Assembly: GCA_964016885.1 (NCBI GenBank) | Contig: OZ024741.1 | Location: 205,406,001 to 205,470,000, forward strand | Reading direction: 5' to 3' | DNA length: 64,000 nt | Origin: Eledone cirrhosa | Lineage: Eukaryota | Part shown: positions 44,884 to 61,719 of the stretch, piece by piece | Layout of the letters: each line of letters starts with the position of its first letter | Numbering within the stretch: position 1 is the first letter of the stretch | Position numbers and translations under genes: made by a program | Notes under the pieces: model-generated | The model's database searches: none | Seen by the model: only the letters and a program-made list of their open reading frames with translations | Told to the model about the DNA's origin: nothing

Positions 44884-47800
44884 AAACATTAGCGTAACCT
44901 AATACAAGAAATAACTAAGATCACCACACCAAGAGAAAAATTAATACTTATAAACCTTATATGTCTTGAAGAAAAGTACATTGTTCAAGAATGTGACAAG
45001 CACTTTAACAAGAAACTAAAATGGCTCAAACAGATGAAACTAAATCAAGATACTTTAGAAAATATCGATGGATATCCTGACAAGATTGACGGTATAAACA
45101 GGGCCGACATCTCATTAACAGATGAATTCAACAACAACAACACAAATATATACGGCAACACTACAGTCGACTCTGATGAATTATCGATATTACAGCTACC
45201 ACCTAAATATGCCACATATAATAAGGTAAATATGATAAAATGCTTGTCAGAAATAGAAAAATCATTTACAAAATTACGTTGGAGTCTCAAAAACAAAAAC
45301 AAAAGTAACAACATACGCGCAAACACACACACATACAACACACATCCCAACAACAACAGACACAGACACAAACAACAATAACAACACACACAACAATAAT
45401 AACATACACGGAGACAACACCAACACACATCAACAACAACACACACACATTCTATGCCTCTCACCACCACCACAATCTTAACAAACACACAGACGCAGAA
45501 AACAGATAATGCACAGACACAGACACAGAAAACAGATAATCCACAGATAATGACAGTAACACAGAAATAAGGGAAGGTAATAGGATTGAAAGGAGTAGGG
45601 AGACTATGGACAGAGAAAATAACCAAGACGAACACACAGACACACAAAATAGAGTAGATAATAACAATGAGCCAGAGGAAAGAGACAGGAGTAATAATGA
45701 GAGACATAGAAACAACCATGAGGCTGTTGGTGGAAATAGAAATAGAAACAACACAATTAACAATAACAATAGCAATAGTACACATAAAGCAGCAGCCTGG
45801 AACTCGACTTTTTATAATCCTTCCGATAAGTCTTTCGACCTGCGAAGAGTCCACGCCACGACTTTAGCTTTTAACAAATGCACGCAATTGCCGTCGCAGT
45901 TCGATGAACAAACAGAAGCACAATTTAGTATAGCTAGATCTAAACTTAGAAACATTATAGAACAGTATAGTAAGGAGCAAAATAGAATCGAGGCCTAGCA
46001 ACTGGGAGAAAAATCTGCAAATGGCTTGCGTAAGCTCATGCAGTGCTCGCGTAATGGAGAGATTGCATGCTTTCCAACAGACAAGTCTGGCAGAATGTCG
46101 GTTGACAGTCTGTCAAACTACATCCAGGCAATGCAACCCCACATCACTAACACAAGAGAAGTAACACCACAAGAGCATGAGCATAGGGAAAAAACCCTCA
46201 ATGCCCATATGATGATGTGGACAAACATAATGCAGCCCAACAAAAGGACTGCCAACAACTTCCAGGCCTGGAACAATGACGTGCCAGCGTTGTATGGGCT
46301 TCGAAAAGACCATAAAATGAGCAGGACCACCAATACGGCCAGTCTGTGGAGCTAACATTGCTAGTAACTACAGACTTTCCTACTTCCTCTCCCTGATCAT
46401 ACGCCCCATCATTGAAATGTTCCAGATATATGTGACAGCACGGAGGATCTCCTCAGCAGAATCAGCGAAGGTAACCGATCTAGGGACCTAACAAACTGCA
46501 TAATAGGCAGTATGGATGTTGTGTCCCTGTATCCATCTATTGACGTGGATTTTGCTGTGGAGAAATGCGTAGAAATGATCAGTGAGAGCAATGTTGAATT
46601 CCGTGGGATTGATACCAGTGAGCTGGGACTCCTACTTAAACTTACTTATAGTAATAATTATCTAGATACATATGACCTTAGCAACCTGTGCCCTACAAGA
46701 CCAGCAAAAGGCAGACCACCTACCATTACCTCAATGGCCAAGAAAACCCACACAGATAGATGGAACGGGTGGACCAGAGCCATACAGACCCCCGAAAACC
46801 ACGATGAACTAAAGAAAATGCGGTGGGGGCCAGTACAAAATTAACCCTTAAGGAACATATGTTCAAATTTAATGGAAAAACATATGCCCAAGAGGAGGGA
46901 GCAGCCATTGGTGTTAGCATTGCAGGTGACATAGCTAACCTATTCATGGTATGGTGGGGCAATAAACTTAAACTTAAACTTAAAGAACAATTAGAAGACA
47001 GCAACCTCTTTACCCTGATAATGTACTCCCGCTACGTTGATTATATAAACATCGTAGTAAAAACACCCCCACTAGAGAACAGTCAGGAATTAGAGAAAAA
47101 CACCATGGAAAGCACCCAGCAAATAGCTAACACCATCCACCAGAGTATTAGAGTTACTATAGACTACCCAAGCAAACACCCCAACCATCGGTTACCTGTA
47201 CTAGACACAGAGCTCTGGTTAGATACTATCAATAACAAAAAACAGATCCTCCATTCCCATTATGCCAAACCCATGATTTCCAAATATCTGGTCCACCGAA
47301 ACTCAGCTGTTTCAGACCACACCAAAATCAACATACTGATTGCGGATTTGGTACGGGTGATGAGAAACGTGTCCCACATGTGCAACCCCAAAGAACTAGA
47401 GAGACACATACAACACTTCATCCACCGTATGCAGTTCTCTGGTTACAACCAGAGAGATAAGATCAGAGTATATAGAGGAGCCAGAACCAAATGGGAAAAA
47501 ATGGTAAATAATGATACAAATGGGATCTGCCCCTTGTATAGGAGCAAATTTTGGAATAGAATAGAAAGAACTAGGAATAAGGTTAATAGAATAAACTCAT
47601 GGTATGATAGCAATAAATACCAGAGTGTAATGTTCATCAATACAACCCCTAGAGGTGAATTAGCTTACAAATTCAGAAGGGCCCTAGATAAACATAAACT
47701 CAATATTAAGATAGAAGAAAGACCAGGTACCTCCATAAAAACACTTATTAGCAATACATACCCTTTTCAAAGACCTCCCTGTATAGATAAGAAATGTATA

Positions 47801-48557
47801 ATCTGTAAAATAAGCCCCCATATTAACTGTAAAACTAAAAATGTAGTATATAGCATAAGATGTACTGAAGGACAATGTAGAGATAAGAATATAGTGTACA
47901 TAGGTGAGACGGCTCGTAGTATAGGAGAACGGTTAAATGAACACTGGCAAGAGCTTCAAGATAGTAAAGAATCATCTGTACCCTACCAACATGCTAAAAT
48001 AGAACATAAGGGTAAATTAAAGAACATAGAAATAAAAATAGAATCTACACACAGAAAAGTCGCAATGTTTAGACAAATCACAGAGGCAATAAACATAAAT
48101 GAACTCCAGCTAAAATTAAATAGAAAGCCTGAATGGAATAGCAACATCACAACTTACAATTAAGGACAAAATGAAAACACACACACACATAGAACAAACA
48201 ACCAACCAGTAACATGTAAATAAACAAATAAATAAACAAATATAAACACACACAGACACCCGGATGTAACACATGCGCAAACTAAGCACGCAACACACAC
48301 AAAAACAAGATGGCGTAGGAAAGAACAAAGGAGAGGCGCAAAAACAAAGAAAAGAATCCCCAGTCACTGAAGAGGTCACAGAATGTGTGACGAAAGAACT
48401 TTGACAATATATGAACAATCGTCTGGTTGTGGAACCAACCAACCAACCGGAAATTTATAAATTCCTAAATTTATAAATTTAATTTATAATAAATTGAAGT
48501 GAAAGCAACTGGTGTGTGTGTTTCTTATTGGCAACATGACCCTCCCAAAGTATAACA

Positions 48558-48558
<1 letters not shown>
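44884..48558 (+). mobile_element. Near-complete but frameshifted Penelope-like element (Neptune-like architecture)
   Basis: LQLPPKY...KLRW, FPTDKSG, LYGLRKDHK, SMDVVSLYPSI, GAAIG, RYVDY (DD mutated), C-x4-C-x2-C linker, NVVYSIRC...C...YIGETARSIGERLNEH; pseudo-LTR with HHR. Confidence 0.92.
48363..48405 (+). ncRNA. PLE pseudo-LTR hammerhead motif
   Basis: Same sequence as 36007-36049, 200 nt after the ORF stop. Confidence 0.8.
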
Positions 48559-48590
<32 letters not shown>

Positions 48591-48630
48591 TATATGTATA
48601 TATATATATGTATATATACATATATATATG

Positions 48631-48679
<49 letters not shown>

Positions 48680-48681
<2 letters not shown>

Positions 48682-48953
48682 TGTTATACTTTGGGAGGGT
48701 CATGTTGCCAATAAGAAACACACGCACCAGTTGCTTTCACTTCAATTTATTATAATAAATTTATAAATTTAGGAATTTATAAATTTCTGGTTGGTTGGTT
48801 GGTTCCACAACCAGGTGGTTGTTTATATATATTGTCAAAGTTCTTTCGTCACACATTCTGCGACCTCTTCAGTGACTGGGGATTCTTTTCTTTGTTTTTG
48901 TGCCTCTCCTTTGTTCTGTCCTACGCCATCTTGTTTCTGTGTGTGTGTTGTGT
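48680..48953 (-). mobile_element. Inverted solo partial pseudo-LTR with HHR at 48834-48876
   Basis: Reverse complement of ~48285-48558; stem II gtcgca/tgtgac keeps pairing through G.U. Confidence 0.88.
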
Positions 48954-49044
48954 ATATGTATATATATATATATATGTATGTGTATATGTATATATATATA
49001 TATACATGTATGTGTATATATATATATATATGTATATATATATC

Positions 49045-49113
<69 letters not shown>

Positions 49114-49114
49114 C

Positions 49115-49412
<298 letters not shown>

Positions 49413-49420
49413 TATATACA

Positions 49421-49488
<68 letters not shown>

Positions 49489-49682
49489 CACAGATAGAAG
49501 GAGAGAGAGAGAGAAAACTGCCTGATATGTGTGTTAATAACAAATATACTAAGACTGACCTAGATATGAATGGCCACATAAATACACAAACAATTATACA
49601 TACGTTTAGTCTAGATCCACACCTCCTTTAACACTATCGCTTCTCACCTAACAATTTTACTTTATACCCACCGTAGATGTCA

Positions 49683-50010
49683 CAAGGCTGAATGGTTAAG
49701 AAGTTTGCTTCACAATCATTAAGTCCCGGATTCGATCCCACTCCATGACATCTTGGGTAAGTGTCACTTAGCAAAGCCTTGTATCGATCTAAGTCTTATG
49801 AGTGGAATTGGGTAAGAAAAATCTATTTGGAAGCCTGTTGGATAGACTGTACCTCTACCTCAAATGGCTAGTCTTGTCACACACTGTGTCACTCTGAATC
49901 TCCCTGAGAATTATGTTAAGGCTACACATGTCTATGAAATGCTCAGTCACTTGCACGTTAATTTCACGAGCCACGGAAACATTCACTGTCGAAACCAACC
50001 GAGGTGCATT
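49683..50010 (+). mobile_element. SINE family B
   Basis: tRNA-like head ggctgaatggttaagaag...ggattcgatccca and the shared body noted at 15910. Confidence 0.75.
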
Positions 50011-50973
50011 CCACGTCCACCTAATAGCTACATATAAAGATAATAGATAATTTCTGCATCTTAAAAAACATCATATGAAATAAATGAATTAGTGAAATAA
50101 TGGCGAATTGGCCATCGTTATTTATACTGGCTGACTGCGTTCTGTGTGTAAATCTCACCGGAGTTAACTTTTGCTTTCCTCCATCCAGGGTCTAAAAGTA
50201 AAGTCAATGGTGGTGAACTGAGTGAATCGTTAGAGCATCCATCTGACAAATTGTTTGCCTTGGCTCTGAGTTAAAATGGCGTTGTGGCCTACAAAAGTAT
50301 CAGACACAATCCATTGCCCGGTTTAACACTACCATCTAACCCCCGGGTACAGAGTCCAGCAGAGTCCACTTTGTTGCAAGTATTCCTGTCAGGATTCCTC
50401 CCTCTCTAGCAATCTTCCCCATTAAACGATTAAAAAAAATGTATATAGAAAATCCAAAACAAATCTAAACTATAATAAAGGGAGGAGCGTGTGACTGCGT
50501 ACGGTTTATAATTTTTTTATCCCATTAGTAAAATAAGTTGGATTACTTAGAATAAATAATGAATGAATATTACATAATTTATCTACTAAATTTCGTGGCT
50601 GTTGATTAAATATATTTAAAGATTCACTTCTTTAAAATTTCTGAAATGTGAACACTTCCGGTTGGCGATCGCTTAAATAAACATACTAATTTTCTGTCAC
50701 TAATTTTTTCCTAATGATTTTTATATATAATATCATCTTTTTTTAATGTATCATGGATTACTTTACTGATTTCATAAACCAGTGTAACACAGTCTTCGTT
50801 TAATTTCTGTGTATATTGTCAATTACGATTTTATTTGATGTATCATATCTACATATATATATATACTTGCGTATAATATCAATATACACACTACACATGC
50901 TAGCAGAAAACCACCCAAAGGGTGGTTTTTCTGCTAGTAAATTATAAAGACTATGTAGGACTAGAACAAACAA

Positions 50974-51163
50974 TGGTCCTATTGAGTACTAACGGTTGTA
51001 GTGGTCCTATTGAGTACTAACTTACCGGATGTAATGCTCCTATTGAAAACTATCTTACCGGATGTAGTTGTCCTATTGTCGACCATCTTACCGGATGTAG
51101 TTGTCCTGTTGAGGACTAACTTACCGGATGTAGTGGTCCTATCCAGGACTAACTTACCGGATG
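50974..51163. repeat. 33-bp minisatellite (~5-6 units)
   Basis: Unit approximates tggtcctattgagtactaacttaccggatgtag. Confidence 0.9.
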
Positions 51164-51974
51164 TGTGTGGGTTTAGAAAAGTTTGGCGAAGAATTATTTT
51201 ACAATGTTTGTTACGAAGTTCCCTCGTATGATTTCATATTGACTTAAAAATTTAAAAAGAAAATGTGAAAGAGGTTGTAAGATAAGTGATTTGATCTTTT
51301 GTAGCATTTGTTATTTTAGAAAGGCAGCTAATTAGAAGAGTCGTTAGAGCGTCGGATTACCTGCCTCGATTCAGAGTTCAAATTGCGTCGAGACCAACTT
51401 TGTCTTTTATCTTTTCCATGTGACTAAATAAAGTACCAGTCCGATGGTGGAGGATTGGAGGAATGGTTACAAAGTCCGGGGTGGTGCTCTGAGGTATTCT
51501 TGCCGAATCTGTGTGATCTACATTCAAATTGCACCTTTTGCCACCATAAAAACGGTAATACTTCCACCGAGAGTTGCAACCAGCAGATAGTATCAGCTAT
51601 TGAAAAACCAGTGGAAACATATAGTTTCTTTGGTTCGGTCTGACGAACGGTGTCTTTCTTTAACGCTACTTTAAAACTATGTTGAAATTGTATATCTTCT
51701 TTATGTAAGTGGGCATAAAGCAAAAGTGATAGTGCAAATAACGGAAATATGTAAGTAAAAAAGGAAATGTTCGACAGGCAAATATGCTAGGTGAGGTGAG
51801 AAAGTATACTAGTGTATGTATGTGTTACATCATGTGTTGTATCGTCCCCGTAACTCCTGATAGAGTCGTAGGGGCGACATATTGACATATGGCGTTTCTT
51901 GGGCATTTTAAGCCTGGTGAAGCCCATCCCTCTCCAAGCCTGAGTATAGCAGATTTCTTCTAGAGAAAGAATGC

Positions 51975-52118
51975 ATCCCAGTATTAGACTGGTACTTTTT
52001 TTTTCAACCTCGAAAGGATGAAAGACAAAGCTGACCTCGGCGGGATTTGAACTCAGAGAGCAGAGAGCCGGAATGAATACCGCAAAACGTTCTAACGACT
52101 CTGGCAATTCGCCGCCTA
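51975..52118 (-). mobile_element. SINE family A relative, downstream of the DUF229 stop
   Basis: aggatgaaagacaaagctgacctcggcgggatttgaactcaga...ctaacgactctggcaattcgccgcc. Confidence 0.75.
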
Positions 52119-52338
52119 TACATCATGTGTTATGTAAGATGAAAACGTATACTAGAGTATGTATGTGTTACATGAAGTGTTTGGGGGATTTTTTTAAATA
52201 CAAGAATGAAATGAAATGAGGATTTTAATTTAAACAATAACAAATACACCAACAATTATAATGGCGTTTCCAACTGTCATTATAATCACCGACACAACAG
52301 CATGATTTTAGTGACACGTAAAGTGAATCAACGAAAAG

Positions 52339-54397
52339 TTAATTTTTCTTTACACAATAGCAATATGGACGAAGATTTGGATAATGGCTGGCGATACAGT
52401 TAGGAGCAGAACCGTATTTATTGATTCGACTTATTTCATTTGTGTTCACTATATATGTAGCCAAGGCTACGTTATGTTTTACTGTAGCCTCGAACAAACC
52501 ATTACCAGGTATTACACTAAATGTCACTTGTATGAGATATTCCTTCTCAGCTGTATTGTCTGTAAGATCGGCATATCGCCCGTCAGTGTCTTTACTTTTT
52601 TTGAATTTGAGCATATGTTCATTTGCACGTAATCTGAGAGCACTCGTAATATTATATAGTGTCAATTCTTCGCAATCTGAACGTACTTTATATGTTAATG
52701 AATTCATAAACCGTATAGTTTCGGCTGCAGATTTTCGAATTCTCTCATCGTCAAGGGGAACACTTTCCCAATCAAGACAGGCACACCAGTGTGGCTCAAT
52801 GTCAGCATCCTCACAAGAACGCTGTTTTGGAATTTCATTAAAAAGACTTATACCTCGAGAAGTTTTAGAAGCTTTTTCAAAATTTGTAAAGTTGAAGAGA
52901 TGAACGAATGTTTCGTGTATATCAAAAGGCGTCGTAAGACGTTGTGTGTTTATTTTAAAATGTTTATAAGCCTGAGGGTATCTGGTTTTAAACCATTTTG
53001 GAAAAAGAAAACCAAAAAAGGGCATACGTTCTTCTAGTTTTCCCTGAACCGTCTGCCTGAAAGCCTCAAATCTCGCTCCATGGTCAGCCATCAGAATGAC
53101 AATAGTACGGTTTAGGTTACCAGATGTTTTCATATGCGTCAAGAAAGACAACAAATCGGGATCAATATGTTGAATCATATTGTTATTTTCGTGGCTACAC
53201 TCCGAGTGAAATGTGAAGGAAAATAGAGGGTTAGAACTATATACCTCTACAAATTGTTTAATCCAGTCCAGAAAAATATTGTGGCGTTTTTCAGAACCTA
53301 AACAGAGATCTTTGTTTTTGAAAAAATGCTTTTCGGCCTCCATTTGAAACGTTCGCATATAATGATCAACAGGCTGATCTTTAAAACCCAGCATACGATA
53401 TGTAAATGTTCCTATACTTGGTCTATCTTCTCCATACTGTGTCACATAACCAGCATCTCTGAAAAATTTCCAGATCCATGGGTGACTATCAACAGTTTGA
53501 GCATCCATATGGCCCCTTCGGGCTTCTGGCAATTCCCATTCGGTTTTCCCAGTCAAAATAGGAAGAAGCGCTTGAGGGGTGCCGTCACCCACAATATTAT
53601 AGCCTTTCAGAACCATTCCGCCAAGCTGAATAAAATACTCATAGGACTTCGGTAGCATACGTAACCAGGTTATACGAGAAACAGAATCGATTCCAAACAT
53701 AACAATGTTCAACTTCAGCATATTTTGTGGGGCTTTAGTTTTTGCTGATCTCTTTAAATTCTGTTCCTCTTTAGCTATCGCACAGTGAACGTTGTCATAT
53801 TGACTACCATTTTTACCTGTACATGATATGCGGAAGAAATCAGAAGTTATTAATGTGCCATTTTGTATGTCCTCAATTACATGCCCATCGCTAATTTCAA
53901 AATCATCAGCACCACGTAAAATTGGAATATAATTACATACAAAGTTACCATGTTTCAGAAGCATTTGGGGGGACTTTAGAAAAACACCTTTTGCAACTGA
54001 TATCCAATTCTCTTCTCCATTACATTTTAGTTCAGGAAGTTTGTTGAAAAATGATTGGATCAAAGGGTTATTTAGTTCAAGTGAGGGATGAACACATCTC
54101 TGCAGATTTTGAGTAATCACTTTTCTAGAAGTACCACTCCTTTTGGTGCCGCTATTTGATTCACGCAATATTATTTTTGAAACCAACAGAATAAGGGAAA
54201 TAGCAAAGCATATGTATAATATTTTCTCACGCTTTCGCCTTTGGCGAAAAATAGAATACAAAACTTTGAAAGAATACATTATGGTATTTCTATTTGATTG
54301 ACTTTTATTCCAGCTGACATCAGAAGGGTGGAAAACTGGTCTACCTATCCAATTTGTATCATCATTCGAATAATTCGAATCGAACATGTGTCGGGAT
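52339..54397 (-). CDS. DUF229-family (alkaline phosphatase/sulfatase superfamily) type II membrane protein, large coding exon
   Basis: ~685 open codons; basic stretch + hydrophobic anchor ILYICFAISLILLVSKIIL; GIDSVSR, GYNIVGDGT, GFKDQPVDHYMR, ILMADHG, GKLEERMPF, RSCEDADIEPHWCAC, ISRINKYG...C...YCYC; splice acceptor ttttttcag ends at 54398; first in-exon ATG at 54387. Confidence 0.9.
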
Positions 54398-54599
54398 CTG
54401 AAAAAACACACACAAGAAAAACATTAAAAATTGGATGAAAAACACACAAAGTGGATATTTGTTAAAATTGCTTAACCTAACAGAAACAAGGATATATTTT
54501 ATAGTAAGTTGTTGTTGTACAATTTACTCTGTTGCTGGTTTCAGTCATTAGACTACAGTCATACTGGAACACAGCCATAAACAGATTTAGTCGATAATA

Positions 54600-55238
54600 T
54601 TGATGCAGAAACAAGACAACGACATAAATAGGAGAGACAGGGATTAAAGAACAATGGCGAGAACATAAAGAGGATAAAAGATCATCAGTGCTATACCAAC
54701 ATAACAAACTAGAACACGGTGGCTCAATAGATAACATACACATAAAGATCCTATCAACACATAGACCTGACGCAACATTCAGGCAAATTACAAGGGCCAC
54801 ACACATAATAGAAGATAGAGCTAGCCTGAACAGGAAACACAAGTGGAATAATAACAGCCTGCAACCTAATGACTGAAGAAAAAAAAGACACAAACAGCAA
54901 AACAGCAAACGATACAAACCCGCATACACACAAAACATACATAAACACAACAAACACAAAAACACATAGAGACGAAAATGCAGGCACAAACGCATGCGCA
55001 GACACGAAACACGAAAATCGCACCACAAAACAAAGATAAAATGGAGTAGAAGTTTAAGACCAGGAAAAATAGGAGGCACAAAAAATAGGAGTCATTGAGT
55101 AGGTCGCAGAATGTGTGACAAAAGAACTTTGACAAACGAATGAATAACGAACAATAAAGATAAAGTGAAAATTATATGGTGTGTGTGTTTCTTTCTATTA
55201 GCAATATTGGCAACATGACCAACCCAAAATATAACAAT
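54600..55238 (+). mobile_element. Diverged Neptune-like PLE 3' fragment with a core-mutated HHR (55091-55133)
   Basis: SSVLYQHNKLEH...IKILSTHRPDATFRQIT...LNRKHKWN; terminal ttggcaacatgacc..cccaaaatataacaat as at 48530. Confidence 0.8.
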
Positions 55239-55428
55239 GACTGAATGTTACACTAATAAATTGCTACGATAACTTTCAGTCGTACTTTTCCTTCTATTTT
55301 CATCCTCCTTCTACCATTTTTGCATTCTACTTCACCTCTTTCTTGGTAATTATATAACCCACTTGCACTGCACGGCTACTTAAACTTTCACTTTCATATT
55401 CCACAATGCTTCAAGTAAACTACTACAC

Positions 55429-55463
<35 letters not shown>

Positions 55464-55466
<3 letters not shown>

Positions 55467-55621
55467 CGAAGGAAATGTGGTAAGGAACCAGGTGGACCAT
55501 AACGCACCAAAGTACTCAATACTTAGGGTAGTAGAGTGGGTAATAGGAACCAGTAAGACCCCAGTCCAGAATTAGCCGTCGAAACGGCTTGAGCTTAGCC
55601 GTCGGGGTCTTACTGGTTCCT
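55464..55621 (-). mobile_element. Second copy of the 17044-17245 fold-back element
   Basis: Shared aacgcaccaaagtactcaatactta.ggtagtagagtgggtaataggaac; inverted end; in (TA)n. Confidence 0.8.
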
Positions 55622-55799
55622 ATATATATATATATATATATGTATCATCATCATCATCATTTTACGTCCACTTTTCCCTGCTTGCAAGGGTGGGACGGGA
55701 ACTGATTCTGGCTTGATTTCTACAGCTGGATGCCCTTCCTAACACCAACCTCATTTACAGTGAGTCCTGGGTGGTTTTTGCCGTGGAATGATATGGACC

Positions 55800-55958
55800 C
55801 CAGTCCCTATCATCTCATTTCTACAGCTGAGTAAACTGGAGCAATGTGAAATATAGTGTCTTGCTCAAGGAAACAACACATCACCCGGTCTGAGTATTGA
55901 ACTCACAACCTTTCGATTGCAAGGCCAATGCTCTCTAACCACTAAGCCATGTGCCTCC
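55800..55958 (-). mobile_element. tRNA-derived SINE (family C)
   Basis: Minus: atggcttagtggttagagag...gtgagttcaatactcagaccgg...tgtttccttgagcaagacact. Confidence 0.7.
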
Positions 55959-59525
<3,567 letters not shown>

Positions 59526-59541
59526 TATATATATGTATGTT

Positions 59542-59575
<34 letters not shown>

Positions 59576-59580
59576 TGTAT

Positions 59581-59634
<54 letters not shown>

Positions 59635-59638
<4 letters not shown>

Positions 59639-59798
59639 GTGTTAAACAATATTCAATGAGTACATCAAAGAATGAGTTTTACAGTAGATTGGAAGCACTC
59701 TACAGAAAAATAATTTTCCAGAGTTATTAATATTAAAATACAAATATTAATAAAATAGATGTTCTTTTGATCAATTAAATTTTATTATACATATTTCA
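59635..59798 (-). mobile_element. Copy of the element downstream of the 16573 HHR
   Basis: Reverse complement of ~16619-16780; begins at the HHR GAAA. Confidence 0.75.
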
Positions 59799-60265
59799 TA
59801 TGTATATATATATAAATATTATATATAATAATAATAGTAATAAACGAAATATATATACTTTATATCATCTCAATTTATTTCATTATATATATTTTGAAGA
59901 TGTAAAGTTTTGTGTATAACATAAAGCAAAACATGTCCTCCTCAGACAAAATACATAGAAAATGTATAATTTTTTGCTATGCTGGTAGACAAACGAACTG
60001 GACAGATTGGTGACCACCAGGCATACACATACACACACACACCCACACACACATATATATATATATTGTTATACTTGGGGAGGGTCATATCATTGTAATA
60101 ATATTGCCAGAAATAATTACAGAACACACTCACTGTTTGGTTGGTTTTCGCTTCTGTATCTTTTATATCTCCACAGTTAATTCATTCGGTCCTCAGTGTT
60201 TACCATTGACTGACCAATGGTAAAAAATACAGATATAATATAGATATAAACACATATATATAGTC

Positions 60266-60309
60266 TAACAAAGTTCTTTCGTTGCACATCTGCAGCATCA
60301 TCAGTGGTA
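60266..60309 (-). ncRNA. Diverged PLE-type hammerhead motif
   Basis: tacca CTGATGA t gctgca-gatg-tgcaac GAAA gaac T T tgtta; mismatches in stems I and II; PLE terminal motif at ~60065-60090. Confidence 0.6.
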
Positions 60310-60537
60310 CTGTTATGTTCCTCCCCTCCTCCTCCTCTCTCTATATATATATATATATTTGTAGTAAGGTTGCTTGGATGTGCCCATAAGCGGTATGCCG
60401 GTTGAGCACTCTATGCTTCTTTGGAGCAGAGTATAATAATATGGAAAACGAAGAATCAGTGACTCATCTGAACACAATTTATTACATATTACAATTGTTT
60501 CTCCGGCGAACAGCTCTAGTGATTTCGAAATCACTAG

Positions 60538-60630
60538 ACGTATCTGAGGAACTTGCGAATCCAGAGTCAGGTTCGATCCACAAACAGATCGCACCTCGAG
60601 CTGTTTGCTGGAGAAACAATTGTAATACGT
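60538..60630 (+). ncRNA. Hammerhead motif with expanded stem II, inside a fold-back (60440-60675)
   Basis: acgtat CTGAGGA ...tccag...ctgga GAAA caattg T A atacgt; palindromic stem III ACAATTGT; 9 extra nt before stem II. Confidence 0.6.
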
Positions 60631-60894
60631 AATAAAATGTGTTCCGATGCATCACTGATTCTTCATTTTCCATTTTATATATGTATATATATATATATAT
60701 ATGCGTGTGTGTGTGTGCATGTATGTACGCATGCACGTGTGTGTATGTGCCCGTCCGTGTATGTGTTTACGTCTGTGTCTGTGTTTATGTCCCGTAACTT
60801 AGTGCTTCTATAAAACAGAGATGGAGGGAAAAGAGCAGAAACGTAGAAAAAATCAATTCGATGCACCAGCATGGCCGCAGTCTAAAGAGTAAAA

Positions 60895-61370
60895 TAATAA
60901 TTTCTAAATTAGGCACAAGGTCAACAATTCGGGAGAAGGGTAAAATCGATTATACCGGCCCTAGTACGTTATTGGTATTTTATTTTATCGACCCCAGAAG
61001 GAAGAAAGGCAAATTTGACTTCGGCAGGATTTAAACTCACAACTAAAGGCCAATAAATTGGGGGACGGAAATGTCGATGAAGTAGCCCCTAATATTTGAC
61101 TGGTATTTTTTATCGACCCCCCAGGAAGATCTTCTTCGCCCACTTATTCCTGAGAGGGTCATGGGGGCAGAGTCCTCAAACACTCCTTCCAGTGGGTCCT
61201 ATCAGAAGCAACCGTCTCCAATTGATCTGGCTGGATCCCAAAGCATAACCAGCCAAGCGTTCTTTGGGACCCCCATGAAGATGAAAGGCAAAATTGATCT
61301 AAACAGGAATTGATCTTAGAATATAAGGGCAGTAACCAAATGCTGCAAAACATTTTGTCCAACGCTGTTA
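60895..61370 (-). mobile_element. Cluster of SINE A relatives with a nested LINE 3' fragment (~61130-61275)
   Basis: Repeated tggtattt..ttatcgacccc..aagga.gaaaggcaaa; insert translates LETVASDRTHWKE. Confidence 0.65.
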
Positions 61371-61719
61371 CGACATATAATAAAACAATAATATATATAG
61401 TGCCTGAAAAAAAAGCTGGGGCGGTAACAGTGCAGATGGTTTCAATTATAGGTCTGTTCGATCAAGGTAGACCTGGGACGAATCAACAATTGTAAGCAAC
61501 AAAATCTAACTAAAATGATAATGGGCATTCTTTGGTTTTAAGTCCCTTTTAAGTATCACAGAAATTCGGTAATCTTTGGCAATCTCCATCAATCGCCGTA
61601 CATGATCGAACAATAAAATGAAACTCACGGTATCCGATTGATTTGTTTGTCTATGTAAATTCCAAATGATTTATTTGCAAAATTAAATAATATTTAAATT
61701 TAGATTTTATCTTTAATGT

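Noticed and set aside
50974-51163. 33-bp repeats as a CRISPR array or an 11-aa repeat protein
   Set aside because: Units are contiguous with no unique spacers, there are no cas genes, the context is eukaryotic, and there is no coding support.
54520-54575. Minus-strand agtc-taat-gact GAAA ccag, HHR-like
   Set aside because: No CTGANGA and no UH site; at most a remnant.
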